Virus genome (UHGV): UHGV-1380059
DNA length: 43,329 nucleotides
Direction: 5' to 3' (one strand)
Source: a virus
The translations under genes were made by a program, and so were the position numbers. Shown one piece after another: positions 24,784-33,668 of the stretch (the first letter of the stretch is position 1; every line of letters starts with the position of its first letter). The notes under the pieces are model-generated. The model saw only the letters and a program-made list of their open reading frames with translations. It was not told the origin of the DNA and made no database searches.

Positions 24784-27700
24784 TGAGCCAAAATTATGAT
24801 TTTCTACGATCCTTTACGATTGACGGAAAAGAAACAAAACATTTGTTTCAAATTGCTAAATTAAATATCCCGTTTTTATCAAAAGAAAACGAGTTTTTTC
24901 AAGTAGGCAATACTGATGGAAAAAAGTTTAGACACACTAGATTAGGAGATTACGCATTAAGCATTGATGGTTTCATCATCAAAGACAACACAGGTAAAAC
25001 CGTACCAGAAGTGATGGATGAACTAAAAGCGTTAGTCAATAGTGACGAACCTCAGAAGTTAGTGTTTGATATTTTTCCAGATAGATACTTCAATGCTATC
25101 TTCACAGGAGCTGAAGAATATGATGCAACAGATTTGAAGTACACACCGCTTACATTGACTTTTGATGTTCCTGACGGATTAGCGCATCAACTAGAACCAA
25201 ACACTTTTACAAATGTATATTCTACATCAAGAAACCTTATTTTGGATCCTGAATATCAGAAAAAGGATGTGTATTTACATCCAGGAGTTAAGTTAGCAGA
25301 AGAAAAACACAATGGATCATCTGTTGTTTACGTGGATTATAGAGATGGTATCCCTTATGAAGGCTCAGCGCAAGATGAATATGTGTGGTTACCTATATAC
25401 TATATGAATATGCGTAAATTGCCAGAATTACAGGTAGGTCAAGATGTAAATTTTTCAATAGAGGCTAAAGTGTTAGCGATTGATGAAGATAATGATAGAC
25501 CAGAGGCAGGTAATCTAGTTCTGGAAGAATGGTCTATCAATCCATCAAAACTTTTGCGTACGCACTTTATCAATATACCAAAAAAAGTAGGAGACTTCAA
25601 AAAGTATGGTAAGGTGATTAAAATCACAGACCCTAACACCAAAGCGCTCAATGTGAACTATGGAATTACTGGACTAGATACTCTCATTCACTGGTCTAAG
25701 CCAATGCTATCACTATTACCTCCAATTGGTGAGACAGTAACAGCCCCAAGTGTGGGAGCGAAGGCGTACAGCAACAGCATCGACTTCGGGGACTATGATT
25801 ATAGTGGGAATCCTAACCTTAGCGCTAAACTTAATGCTTCAAGTTTTTCATCTGGCACTGGCGGTACTGCCGTAGATGATAATGATGAGATTGTGTTTAC
25901 CTTAGACGGTAAGAGTAAGTTAACCAAATATAAGGTAGGTACACAAGTACCACTAATTGAAGGTAAACAGTACACAATTAGTGGTGAAATCATGTTAGAA
26001 AGTGATTTTATTGGTGACCCATCAGGTCTAAGACTACAACAGGCTTATGCTGATGGTGGTGTGGTAACGTTAGCTACAACAACAATACCTACATTAGAGT
26101 TAAACACGTGGCAAAAACTCAGTGGTAGCGCAATAATAAAATATGCTTCTAATACACCCAAACAGTGGTATACCGTTTTTATAAATACGATTAGTGGTAA
26201 CCCAACAGGTAAAGTTAGACTAAGAAAAATTAAGATTGAAGAAGGTCCAACAGCCACACCGTACCAACCAAATCTACTCGATGCGCCGTATTATTTGAGT
26301 AAGATTCCACTGGGAGAGAATATTCTTAAACCAGCTTCTTTCCCAATTAATACTACAGAATATATGGCGGCTAATTTTACTCCTAATGAACCATACGTAC
26401 AGGGACAAAAGTATACTTTTACAATGAAGGCGAGCAAACCATCTACACAGACGTTTGGAATTTATTTACGAGCTGGATCTTTACCTGTCGGTAATATGGT
26501 TCCTGTAGAAGGTTTGGCAGACGTATGGCAACTTACTTTCGAAATAACACAAAGTCACATTGATGGTAGTGCAAATGCATTGAATGTATTTCAAGCGCCA
26601 AAATCGACGAAAGGAACAGTAAATATTGAATGGGCAAAACTAGAAAAAGGCGACACACGCACACCAAATATTCCATATTATAAATATGAAGGGATAGCAC
26701 CAGCCCCGTCCAATAATCCAAAAGATTATCATTGGGGATACAGTCCAAGTTACTATAATGCTATTACTTATGAACCATCAACGACTGGTATTTCAGATCT
26801 ACTGAAAATAAAAAACAATGGTACTTACAAAACAACACCTCGCTTCATTTTCAAAACTCAAGGTGAAAATGGTCTAGTTGCGTTAGCTAAAGATGATGGC
26901 TCAGTTTTACAGTTTGGAAATACTGAAGAAGTGGATAATGTAACAAACGTGGTTAGTCAACAAGTAGTTTCTTGGGATTTTTATGGTAGTCAGTTACCCG
27001 CAAACATGGAAGTGAATGCCCCTATTGGCTCAAGCTATCCATATTTTTCAAACAATCCTAGTACTCCAAATCTCATACAAGGTTCTTGGAATATGGACTT
27101 AGATATTGACAGTGCGCTACCTGGCTGGATAGCAGAAGAAACAAGAGCAGTGTGGCATGGCCCCACATTAAGACATGCTATTCCATTGGATTCAGCAGGC
27201 AATAGAAACGGAGAGTTTAGCACACACAATCGCTTTAGATTCTACACACCAAGTCAGAACCACAGAGGGCGCATTGAGTACGTCATTTCAGATGATAATG
27301 TTCAAAATTATCTAGGTTTCGTACTAAGAGATTCAGCTACAACTAACACTACTATGTTCATGGAGTGTTGGTATAAAGGAAAACTATTGAAAACAATCAT
27401 GATTTCACGTAAAGACTTTACAAAAGATTTCTTTGAAATAAATATGTATCGTTATAAGAAATCATTACACTGGAGACTTGTTCAAGTAAAAGGTATAACT
27501 AATAACAATACGGTTATAATTGATAAAGAAGTTAAGTTTAATTATAATTTGAATGAAGAGGACACTACACCTATTAAGTATTGGGGTGTTTGGACTGAAC
27601 GTTATTCAAGCTCAAACTATATACGACCATTCATTACTGATACTCAATTTCGTTGGATAAGTACACCTGTAGTTCAAAATATTAGAAATTATTTCCAGGA

Positions 27701-27896
27701 TGGAGATATAATTGAGATAGATGTTAAGTCTAGACAAATTCTAGTGAATGGTGTGATAAATAATGAACTGAACGTGGTTGGTAATCAATGGGAGAAATTC
27801 GTATTAGATATAGGAGAAACAACGATACAACCTATTGTTTCAAGTTGGGCAAACCCTGCGGAAGTTACTTGTATTGTTGAAGAAAGTTATTTGTAG
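24783..27896 (+). CDS. distal tail protein (Dit), 'evolved' form with large insertions, 1037 aa
   Basis: The N-terminal ~140 aa matches Sipho_tail/Dit ('FTIDGK...LGDYALSIDGFI'). Sits immediately after the tape measure gene. Three to four times the canonical Dit length. Confidence 0.65.
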   Translation: MSQNYDFLRSFTIDGKETKHLFQIAKLNIPFLSKENEFFQVGNTDGKKFRHTRLGDYALSIDGFIIKDNTGKTVPEVMDELKALVNSDEPQKLVFDIFPDRYFNAIFTGAEEYDATDLKYTPLTLTFDVPDGLAHQLEPNTFTNVYSTSRNLILDPEYQKKDVYLHPGVKLAEEKHNGSSVVYVDYRDGIPYEGSAQDEYVWLPIYYMNMRKLPELQVGQDVNFSIEAKVLAIDEDNDRPEAGNLVLEEWSINPSKLLRTHFINIPKKVGDFKKYGKVIKITDPNTKALNVNYGITGLDTLIHWSKPMLSLLPPIGETVTAPSVGAKAYSNSIDFGDYDYSGNPNLSAKLNASSFSSGTGGTAVDDNDEIVFTLDGKSKLTKYKVGTQVPLIEGKQYTISGEIMLESDFIGDPSGLRLQQAYADGGVVTLATTTIPTLELNTWQKLSGSAIIKYASNTPKQWYTVFINTISGNPTGKVRLRKIKIEEGPTATPYQPNLLDAPYYLSKIPLGENILKPASFPINTTEYMAANFTPNEPYVQGQKYTFTMKASKPSTQTFGIYLRAGSLPVGNMVPVEGLADVWQLTFEITQSHIDGSANALNVFQAPKSTKGTVNIEWAKLEKGDTRTPNIPYYKYEGIAPAPSNNPKDYHWGYSPSYYNAITYEPSTTGISDLLKIKNNGTYKTTPRFIFKTQGENGLVALAKDDGSVLQFGNTEEVDNVTNVVSQQVVSWDFYGSQLPANMEVNAPIGSSYPYFSNNPSTPNLIQGSWNMDLDIDSALPGWIAEETRAVWHGPTLRHAIPLDSAGNRNGEFSTHNRFRFYTPSQNHRGRIEYVISDDNVQNYLGFVLRDSATTNTTMFMECWYKGKLLKTIMISRKDFTKDFFEINMYRYKKSLHWRLVQVKGITNNNTVIIDKEVKFNYNLNEEDTTPIKYWGVWTERYSSSNYIRPFITDTQFRWISTPVVQNIRNYFQDGDIIEIDVKSRQILVNGVINNELNVVGNQWEKFVLDIGETTIQPIVSSWANPAEVTCIVEESYL

Positions 27897-27907
27897 GAGG
27901 ATGTAAA

Positions 27908-29332
27908 ATGGATTTTTATATAACTGATAGAAAGTTCAAACTTAAAACAATTGTCAGCACAGAGGGAAGTACCCCTGTGAGTGTGATTGACGCAGTAGAC
28001 AGTAGTGTCTTGACTACTGCGTCAAGAAACTTGAAGTTAACATTAGGGTTTGAAAAAAAAGACAGTGCGCTTATCAAGAAACTAGTTTCTGTGGGCGATC
28101 ATGTATTATATGTAGACTCTCAAAACAATTATATTTGGCAAACCATTATGTCAGTAGAACACAATCCTTTAATGAACACACGCACTGTTGAATGCGAAAG
28201 CGCATCTATTGATTTAATAAATGAAACAGTTAGCGAATATAAAGCTACTCAAGCATACACAATACAAGCATATATAGAACGCTTTGTCTATGACAGTGGT
28301 TGGGTAATTGGTATCAATGAAATACCAAATTTAACACGCACATTAGAGTGGGAAGGAGAAGCTACGTGCTTAGAGCGTATATTATCCGTAGCAACGCGGT
28401 TTGACAATGCAGAGTTAGAATTTTCGTTTGAATTTAATGGTAACAGTTTAATTCAACGCAAGATAAACATTTTAAAAAAACGTGGGCGTGATAATAATAT
28501 TAAGTTATATGTCAATAAGGATATAAACTCAATAATAACTAGAGAAAATATTTATGAATTACACAACGCCTTAATTATAAAAGGTGGTACTCCAGAAGGT
28601 AGTGACAAGCCAGTAGATTTAAAAGGGTATAAATGGACTGATCCAGACGGAAGATTTTTACTGCGTCAGAATGACGGCATGTTGTTTGATTTAGAAAATG
28701 TGCGTCACTGGTCAAGAACAAATACTCAGGGTAATTATATAGTTAGATATAAGAACTATACCTCAACAAATAAACAGAGTTTATTGAATGATGGTATTTC
28801 AGACTTAAAAAAATATAGTAGTCCTATTACAGAGTATGAAGTTGATATTGCAAACATTAATGTACCTATTGCTCTAGGCGATACCGTAAACATTGTTGAT
28901 GAGTATGAAGAATTATTTCTATCCAGCAGATGTCAAAAAATAGAATACAATTACACAACAAATAATCTGAATGTTGAACTGTCTGACTTCAAAATTGTTG
29001 ATTCAGGGATATCAGAAGAATTGCGGAATTTGGCAAATGATTTAAAAAACGATTTAAACTCTAAATTGCCATATGAGGTATTCATTGAAGCCTCATCACC
29101 ATTGTTTATTGGAGGTAAAACACAAGATGGAAACAACACAATTACACTTAGTGCAAAAGTAAAGTGGGCTGGCAGAGATGTAACAAATCTATTTAGTAAT
29201 ACAGATTTTACATGGACACGCTATAAAGCAGATGGTTCATTAGACACTAGTTTTACTGAAAACAGTAGATCAATCACAGTACAGTCTGGAAATGAGTCTC
29301 AATTCAAATATGAAGTAGCCTTGAGCTATTAA
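27908..29332 (+). CDS. tail-associated lysin / baseplate protein Tal (prophage-tail-endopeptidase-like N-terminal domain)
   Basis: 474 aa following Dit, with an N-terminal region typical of siphovirus Tal. Confidence 0.65.
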   Translation: MDFYITDRKFKLKTIVSTEGSTPVSVIDAVDSSVLTTASRNLKLTLGFEKKDSALIKKLVSVGDHVLYVDSQNNYIWQTIMSVEHNPLMNTRTVECESASIDLINETVSEYKATQAYTIQAYIERFVYDSGWVIGINEIPNLTRTLEWEGEATCLERILSVATRFDNAELEFSFEFNGNSLIQRKINILKKRGRDNNIKLYVNKDINSIITRENIYELHNALIIKGGTPEGSDKPVDLKGYKWTDPDGRFLLRQNDGMLFDLENVRHWSRTNTQGNYIVRYKNYTSTNKQSLLNDGISDLKKYSSPITEYEVDIANINVPIALGDTVNIVDEYEELFLSSRCQKIEYNYTTNNLNVELSDFKIVDSGISEELRNLANDLKNDLNSKLPYEVFIEASSPLFIGGKTQDGNNTITLSAKVKWAGRDVTNLFSNTDFTWTRYKADGSLDTSFTENSRSITVQSGNESQFKYEVALSY

Positions 29333-29344
29333 GGAGGAAAAGAA

Positions 29345-30514
29345 ATGACCACAATTACATCAAGCATTTTACTACCAAACTACAACCCTGAAGAGGTTGG
29401 ACTAAAAGGCGAGAAGGGAGACAATGGGAAAACCAGTTACTTACACATTGCTTACTCTAACAGCGCAGATGGTGTATATGAGTTTAGCACAACTGATCCA
29501 ACTAACAGAGCCTATACGGGTTACTATACAGATTTTGAAATGATAGATTCAACAGACCCTAGTAAATATACTTGGCAACGTACAAAGGGTGAAGATGGGG
29601 CAGACGGACAAATATTCACTGGTGAAACAGAGCCAACAGATTTCAATGAAGGTGATATCTGGTATAAAGTGGTTTCTGGCAAAGTAACTGGTGTATATGA
29701 AGCTAAAGATGGTACGTGGGTGGAAATACCGTTTGAAAGTTCTGTAATTGCAGATACCATTGTTGGTAAAACAATTCAGGCGTCACATTTAACAGGTAGT
29801 ACTATTGATGGTGGTGAGATCAATGGTAGTATCATCAACGGTGGTGAGTTCAACAACACCTTTACAGAACCAGTTGGCACTGACGCCACTTTGACAGGTA
29901 ATACCACGATTCAACGTGGAATCGTGGAAACACAGTACAATATCAATAATAATGATACAGGTGAATTCCTATCTAGCGGTCGTCAAACATGGAACGGTGT
30001 AAATATTGAATCAGTACAAAATGGAGCTGATGGTTTGACAGCTGCAAGCTCTACATTTGGAGCTACTGGAATAGACATATATAACAAAGAACTCCATAGT
30101 CAATTCGGAAGGGTTCATCTAGGCTATCAAGATTTGATGACGTTACCACGCAAAGAAGTTACACACTTCAATGTTCGTTTTAAAGCCTATCCTGGTCAGC
30201 CACCAGCTGCTAGAAGAATTATGCGTACAGTTCAGTTATATGGCGCATTCACTAATTTGTATGAGCTATCAGTAGCAGACGCAGAAAAAGCCATATGGAT
30301 GGGCAGTTTACCAATAGGTTATAGACCACCTGAATCAATACGATTCGTTATGCAAGCAAGTGGCGTCAACAGATATTTGTTAGATATAGATCCGGACGGT
30401 GGAATGTATGTTTCACGTATGTCAGGCTGGACAGGATCACAATATAACTTCGTTAAAACACAAGCTGGATCATGGTTAAATATTCAGTGTAATTTCATGG
30501 CTGCAGATGTATAG
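29345..30514 (+). CDS. receptor-binding protein / tail fibre with a short collagen-like stretch
   Basis: 'GLKGEKGDNGKT' and 'KGEDGADGQ' Gly-X-Y segments; position after Tal. Confidence 0.5.
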   Translation: MTTITSSILLPNYNPEEVGLKGEKGDNGKTSYLHIAYSNSADGVYEFSTTDPTNRAYTGYYTDFEMIDSTDPSKYTWQRTKGEDGADGQIFTGETEPTDFNEGDIWYKVVSGKVTGVYEAKDGTWVEIPFESSVIADTIVGKTIQASHLTGSTIDGGEINGSIINGGEFNNTFTEPVGTDATLTGNTTIQRGIVETQYNINNNDTGEFLSSGRQTWNGVNIESVQNGADGLTAASSTFGATGIDIYNKELHSQFGRVHLGYQDLMTLPRKEVTHFNVRFKAYPGQPPAARRIMRTVQLYGAFTNLYELSVADAEKAIWMGSLPIGYRPPESIRFVMQASGVNRYLLDIDPDGGMYVSRMSGWTGSQYNFVKTQAGSWLNIQCNFMAADV

Positions 30515-30539
30515 AAACTAAGATATAGGAGATGATAAT

Positions 30540-30806
30540 ATGTATATTGAAGAATTTAAAAAGGCTTATATGCAAGAGTGTTTAGTTGAAGGTAAGCCAT
30601 TGAAAGGTAGAGTTAAAGAATTATTTGATTTGTGTATACTAAATGACTTTGGTGGGGATAACGTATCAATGGATTACTTGATTCAGTCACTCGCTGATGA
30701 ATATTCAGGTAATACAAACAAGACTGATAATGAAATACTACAAGATAAATTAGACACACTATCAGAAAAGCTTGATTATCTAACTCAACAATTATTAAAT
30801 AAATAA
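30540..30806 (+). CDS. hypothetical protein (88 aa)
   Basis: ORF track. Confidence 0.5.
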   Translation: MYIEEFKKAYMQECLVEGKPLKGRVKELFDLCILNDFGGDNVSMDYLIQSLADEYSGNTNKTDNEILQDKLDTLSEKLDYLTQQLLNK

Positions 30807-30807
30807 T

Positions 30808-30838
30808 AAAAAGCCCTCTATTTGAGGGCTTTTTATTT
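30808..30838 (+). terminator. intrinsic terminator
   Basis: 'aaaagccctc tattt gagggcttttt'. Confidence 0.75.
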
Positions 30839-30867
30839 GCTTTCAAACGGATAACTACCCACCTACT

Positions 30868-30910
30868 AAAATTTAAACGCCTTAGAATGCTCGTGAGAGA
30901 CACACTATTT
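30868..30910. repeat. Direct repeat copy A (23-bp perfect core 30881-30903 'CTTAGAATGCTCGTGAGAGACAC')
   Basis: Identical 23-mer at 32677-32699. The flanks 'aaatttaaa' and 'ct.ttt' are also shared, giving ~42 nt with 5 mismatches. Confidence 0.85.
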
Positions 30911-30922
30911 CACCCATATTGA

Positions 30923-30931
30923 TGTTATACT
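30923..30931 (+). promoter_or_regulatory. extended -10-like promoter TGtTATACT upstream of the lysis genes
   Basis: 'gatgttatact'. Confidence 0.35.
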
Positions 30932-30983
30932 TAATACAGACCTAGGAAACGAGGTGAAAAATGACTGATTAGGAGTGTCTTGT

Positions 30984-31262
30984 ATGAACTTAAATGATAA
31001 GGAGTTTGTTTCATTAAAAGAACAGTTGGCAAGAATTGAGGTAAAATTGGATGATATACCTGAGATTAAAACCGACTTGAAAGACTATGGAAGTCGCTTA
31101 GAACGTCAATCAGAAAAAGCAGATAAGGCGTACAGCATGTCCATGCAAAATAGAGAAGGCTTAGCAGACCTGAAAAACAGCTACACATGGTTAACACGTA
31201 CTACAGTTGGAGCCGTTATAGGCGCACTGATTAGTATAGGACTATCATTATTTATGAACTAG
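30984..31262 (+). CDS. XhlA-like lysis-associated membrane protein
   Basis: Coiled-coil N-terminus plus a single C-terminal transmembrane helix 'TVGAVIGALISIGLSLF'; the ATG at 30984 has AGGAG upstream. Confidence 0.5.
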   Translation: MNLNDKEFVSLKEQLARIEVKLDDIPEIKTDLKDYGSRLERQSEKADKAYSMSMQNREGLADLKNSYTWLTRTTVGAVIGALISIGLSLFMN

Positions 31263-31275
31263 GAGTGATAAAAAC

Positions 31276-31557
31276 ATGAAAAATATTAACTGGAAAGTTC
31301 GTTTCAGCAAAGACAACCTAACATTTATTTTACGTTTCGTAAGCGCATTAGCAATTCCAATTTTAGCATACTTTGGTTTGAAGTTTGAAGATATTACATC
31401 GTTTGATACATTATTGGATGTGTTAGTCAGAGCAGTAAGTAATCCATATGTATTAGGATTAACTGTGATTAACGCATTGAATATGATTCCAGACCCAACA
31501 ACCAAAGGTATTACAGATAGTGAAAAAGCATTGAACTATACAGAACCAAAGAAATAA
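31276..31557 (+). CDS. holin (phage_holin_1-like)
   Basis: 93 aa with a transmembrane helix 'FILRFVSALAIPILAYF', directly upstream of the endolysin. Confidence 0.6.
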   Translation: MKNINWKVRFSKDNLTFILRFVSALAIPILAYFGLKFEDITSFDTLLDVLVRAVSNPYVLGLTVINALNMIPDPTTKGITDSEKALNYTEPKK

Positions 31558-31573
31558 GAAAGAGAGTGATAAT

Positions 31574-32599
31574 ATGATAGAAATCATCAATAAAACAGTC
31601 ACACGTGGCGTGGCTGGACGTAGAGGCGGAGCAGTCAAAGGTGTAGTATTTCATAACACATGGGGTAACTCAACAGCTAAACAAGAAGCCAATCGTTTAG
31701 CAACAATGAACAACAATCAATTGGCAGCAGGATTTGCGCATTACTACATTGATAAAAACACGATCTGGCGCACAGAAGACACATTCAATGGTGCATGGCA
31801 TACTGCAAACAGTGATGGCAATATGAACTACATTGGTTATGAAGTGTGTGGTAACGATCAAACACCACTAAAAGACTTCTTGCAAGCGGAAGAAAATACG
31901 TTCTGGCAAATTGCGCAAGATTTGAAATACTATGGTTTACCAGTCAATCGTAATACTGTACGTTTACATCCAGAGTTTTCAGCAACTCAATGTCCTAAAC
32001 GTTCATTGATCATTCACACTGGCTTCAACTCAACACAAGCTCAGCCAGCTAACGTCATTAATGCTATGAAGGATTATGTTATTGGTAAAGTGAATAAGTA
32101 TTACAATAACTCTAGTTTGAAGCCAGACGGCAAAGCACCATCCACAAGTGCGCAAACACCTCCAAGTGGTGCTAATGTAAAACCAGTGACTCCAAGTCAA
32201 CATGATAAAGCCGTTGCTGCTACAAAACCTAAACATCAAGGCAATGCGTGGGGTAAACTTGACTACTTTAACGGCCATGGTAAAGATCAAATTCGTGTAG
32301 CGGGTTGGTTAGTACCAGATAAAGCTACTGGACCAATTGGATCATATGCTTATGTGATCTTCATGCAGCATGGGACAAACAAAGAGCTGACACGCATTCA
32401 GTCTGCTGGAATTAAACGTCCAGACGTTAAGAAAGCATACGGTTATCAAGGTGGACAAGAACTTGGTTTTGATGTGACGGTTAAGAAAGCTCAGTTCAAA
32501 GGTAAAAAAGTAGATGTCATCTTACGTAGAGCAAATAAAACCAATGGAGAAGGTGCAGTGAACGATGTGCGAATTGACTCAATCTATCTAAGTTTATAG
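31574..32599 (+). CDS. endolysin: N-acetylmuramoyl-L-alanine amidase (Amidase_2) plus a C-terminal cell-wall-binding domain
   Basis: 'GVVFHNTWGNSTAKQEA...AHYYID...WHTANSDGNMNYIGYEVCG'; a low-complexity linker; a 150-aa C-terminal domain. Confidence 0.85.
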   Translation: MIEIINKTVTRGVAGRRGGAVKGVVFHNTWGNSTAKQEANRLATMNNNQLAAGFAHYYIDKNTIWRTEDTFNGAWHTANSDGNMNYIGYEVCGNDQTPLKDFLQAEENTFWQIAQDLKYYGLPVNRNTVRLHPEFSATQCPKRSLIIHTGFNSTQAQPANVINAMKDYVIGKVNKYYNNSSLKPDGKAPSTSAQTPPSGANVKPVTPSQHDKAVAATKPKHQGNAWGKLDYFNGHGKDQIRVAGWLVPDKATGPIGSYAYVIFMQHGTNKELTRIQSAGIKRPDVKKAYGYQGGQELGFDVTVKKAQFKGKKVDVILRRANKTNGEGAVNDVRIDSIYLSL

Positions 32600-32604
32600 A
32601 AAAA

Positions 32605-32634
32605 AGACACTCTTAATTGAGTGTCTTTTCTTTT
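32605..32634. terminator. bidirectional intrinsic terminator between the convergent endolysin and kinase genes
   Basis: 'agacactc ttaatt gagtgtct' with A/T runs on both sides. Confidence 0.7.
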
Positions 32635-32663
32635 GTATTTAAGTGAGTAATCATCTTACTTTA

Positions 32664-32706
32664 CAAATTTAAAGTGCTTAGAATGCTCGTGAGAGACACG
32701 CTTTTT
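32664..32706. repeat. Direct repeat copy B (core 32677-32699); overlaps the last 6 codons and stop of the kinase gene
   Basis: Revcomp reads '...tgt ctc tca cga gca ttc taa' = CLSRAF*. Confidence 0.85.
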
Positions 32707-33372
32707 CTAGAAAATAGCTGTGTTCTTCACCACTAATGGCTTCTACATGAAATAATTCATCAAGTATTGTCATTAGTACTTCTCTACGATGTTCTTGATT
32801 ATTTACATAGTCAAGAGATGTCACATCTATAATTAATTTAGGAAAGCTCAACTCTTGATTCATCCATTCTTGATAATTAGCATGATGATTTCTGAAGTAT
32901 TCATAGAGTTCAGAATCTTCTTCAACTTTCTCAAAGTCTCTTGCACGTCTATTAATGCGTCTTATTTCTTCATCAAAACTACAATTTAACACAATCATTA
33001 AATCAGGTGATTTCTTTGGTAATGGTTCTAACTCTTTCAGCATACGATTTAATAGTTTTGTGTAGACATCTAACTCCAGTTTGTTCACAGAACCTTCATC
33101 ATATAACTGCTTTAAAAAGATAGAATCCTCATAAATTGAACGATCAAGAATACCATTTTTAACACTCATAGCCTTCTGAATAAGTTCAAAGCGCTTTGAC
33201 AACATGTCAATTTGAAATAGAAAACCATACTTTTTCTTATCTGCATAGAACTTCTCCAGCAGAGGATTTTCTTCAACTGGTTCATACACTGCTTTAGTTT
33301 CTAGTAATTCACTTAATAGTTCTGTCATTGAGGACTTACCTATCCAATTGGTCCTGCCAATGTGATCAACAC
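32678..33372 (-). pseudogene. deoxynucleoside kinase (dAK/dGK family) with a 1-nt frameshift inside the P-loop
   Basis: GTG at 33372 (GGAGGA 6 nt upstream) reads 'MLITLAGPIG' then TAG. The -1 frame continues 'IGKSSMTELLSELL...DRSIYED...'. The consensus 'GPIGxGKSSLT' needs one more nucleotide between GGA and GGT near 33340-33343. Confidence 0.6.
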
Positions 33373-33384
33373 TAATCTTCCTCC

Positions 33385-33606
33385 CTATTTAAATTCTTCC
33401 CATTTATTTGGTGCAAACCCCATACTCACAAACTCACCATCTTTAAACACTACTGGAAGCGTTTTTAGATTCATAGTAATTAATTCATTTAACCCTTCTA
33501 AGCTATCATCCACATTGATCTCAGTGAAAGTGTGTCCTTTTCCTTTAAACCAATTCTTCGTCATTTTGCAAGGCATACAGTTGTTTTTAGTATACATTTT
33601 GATCAT
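33385..33606 (-). CDS. NrdH-like glutaredoxin
   Basis: 'MIKMYTKNNCMPCKMTKNWF' CxxC redoxin; the start is at the ATG at 33606 after AGGAGGAAATAAA. Confidence 0.7.
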   Translation of the reverse strand: MIKMYTKNNCMPCKMTKNWFKGKGHTFTEINVDDSLEGLNELITMNLKTLPVVFKDGEFVSMGFAPNKWEEFK

Positions 33607-33635
33607 TTTATTTCCTCCTATTATTTTATGAATTA

Positions 33636-33665
33636 AGTATAACACCTCAGTTAAGAGGTGTCAAG
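33636..33665 (-). promoter_or_regulatory. Promoter TTGACA-N17-TGtTATACT with a palindromic spacer 'ACACCTCagttaaGAGGTGT'
   Basis: Minus strand reads 'TTGACAcctcttaactgaggtgtTATACTtaattcataaaataataggagg' then the NrdH ATG. Confidence 0.6.
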
Positions 33666-33668
33666 TGT

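Noticed and set aside
30613-30903. 96-aa minus-strand ORF
   Set aside because: It runs antisense through the 88-aa gene and straight through the terminator hairpin at 30808-30838. Its first codons are merely the duplicated kinase 3' end of repeat A.
30950-30975. 3-codon mini-ORF 'MTD*' with RBS just upstream of the XhlA gene
   Set aside because: It is too short to call. It is probably a chance ATG within the leader region or RBS.
33362-33631. 89-aa plus-strand ORF overlapping the NrdH gene
   Set aside because: It is antisense to a gene with a clear CxxC redoxin signature and an RBS, with no RBS of its own.
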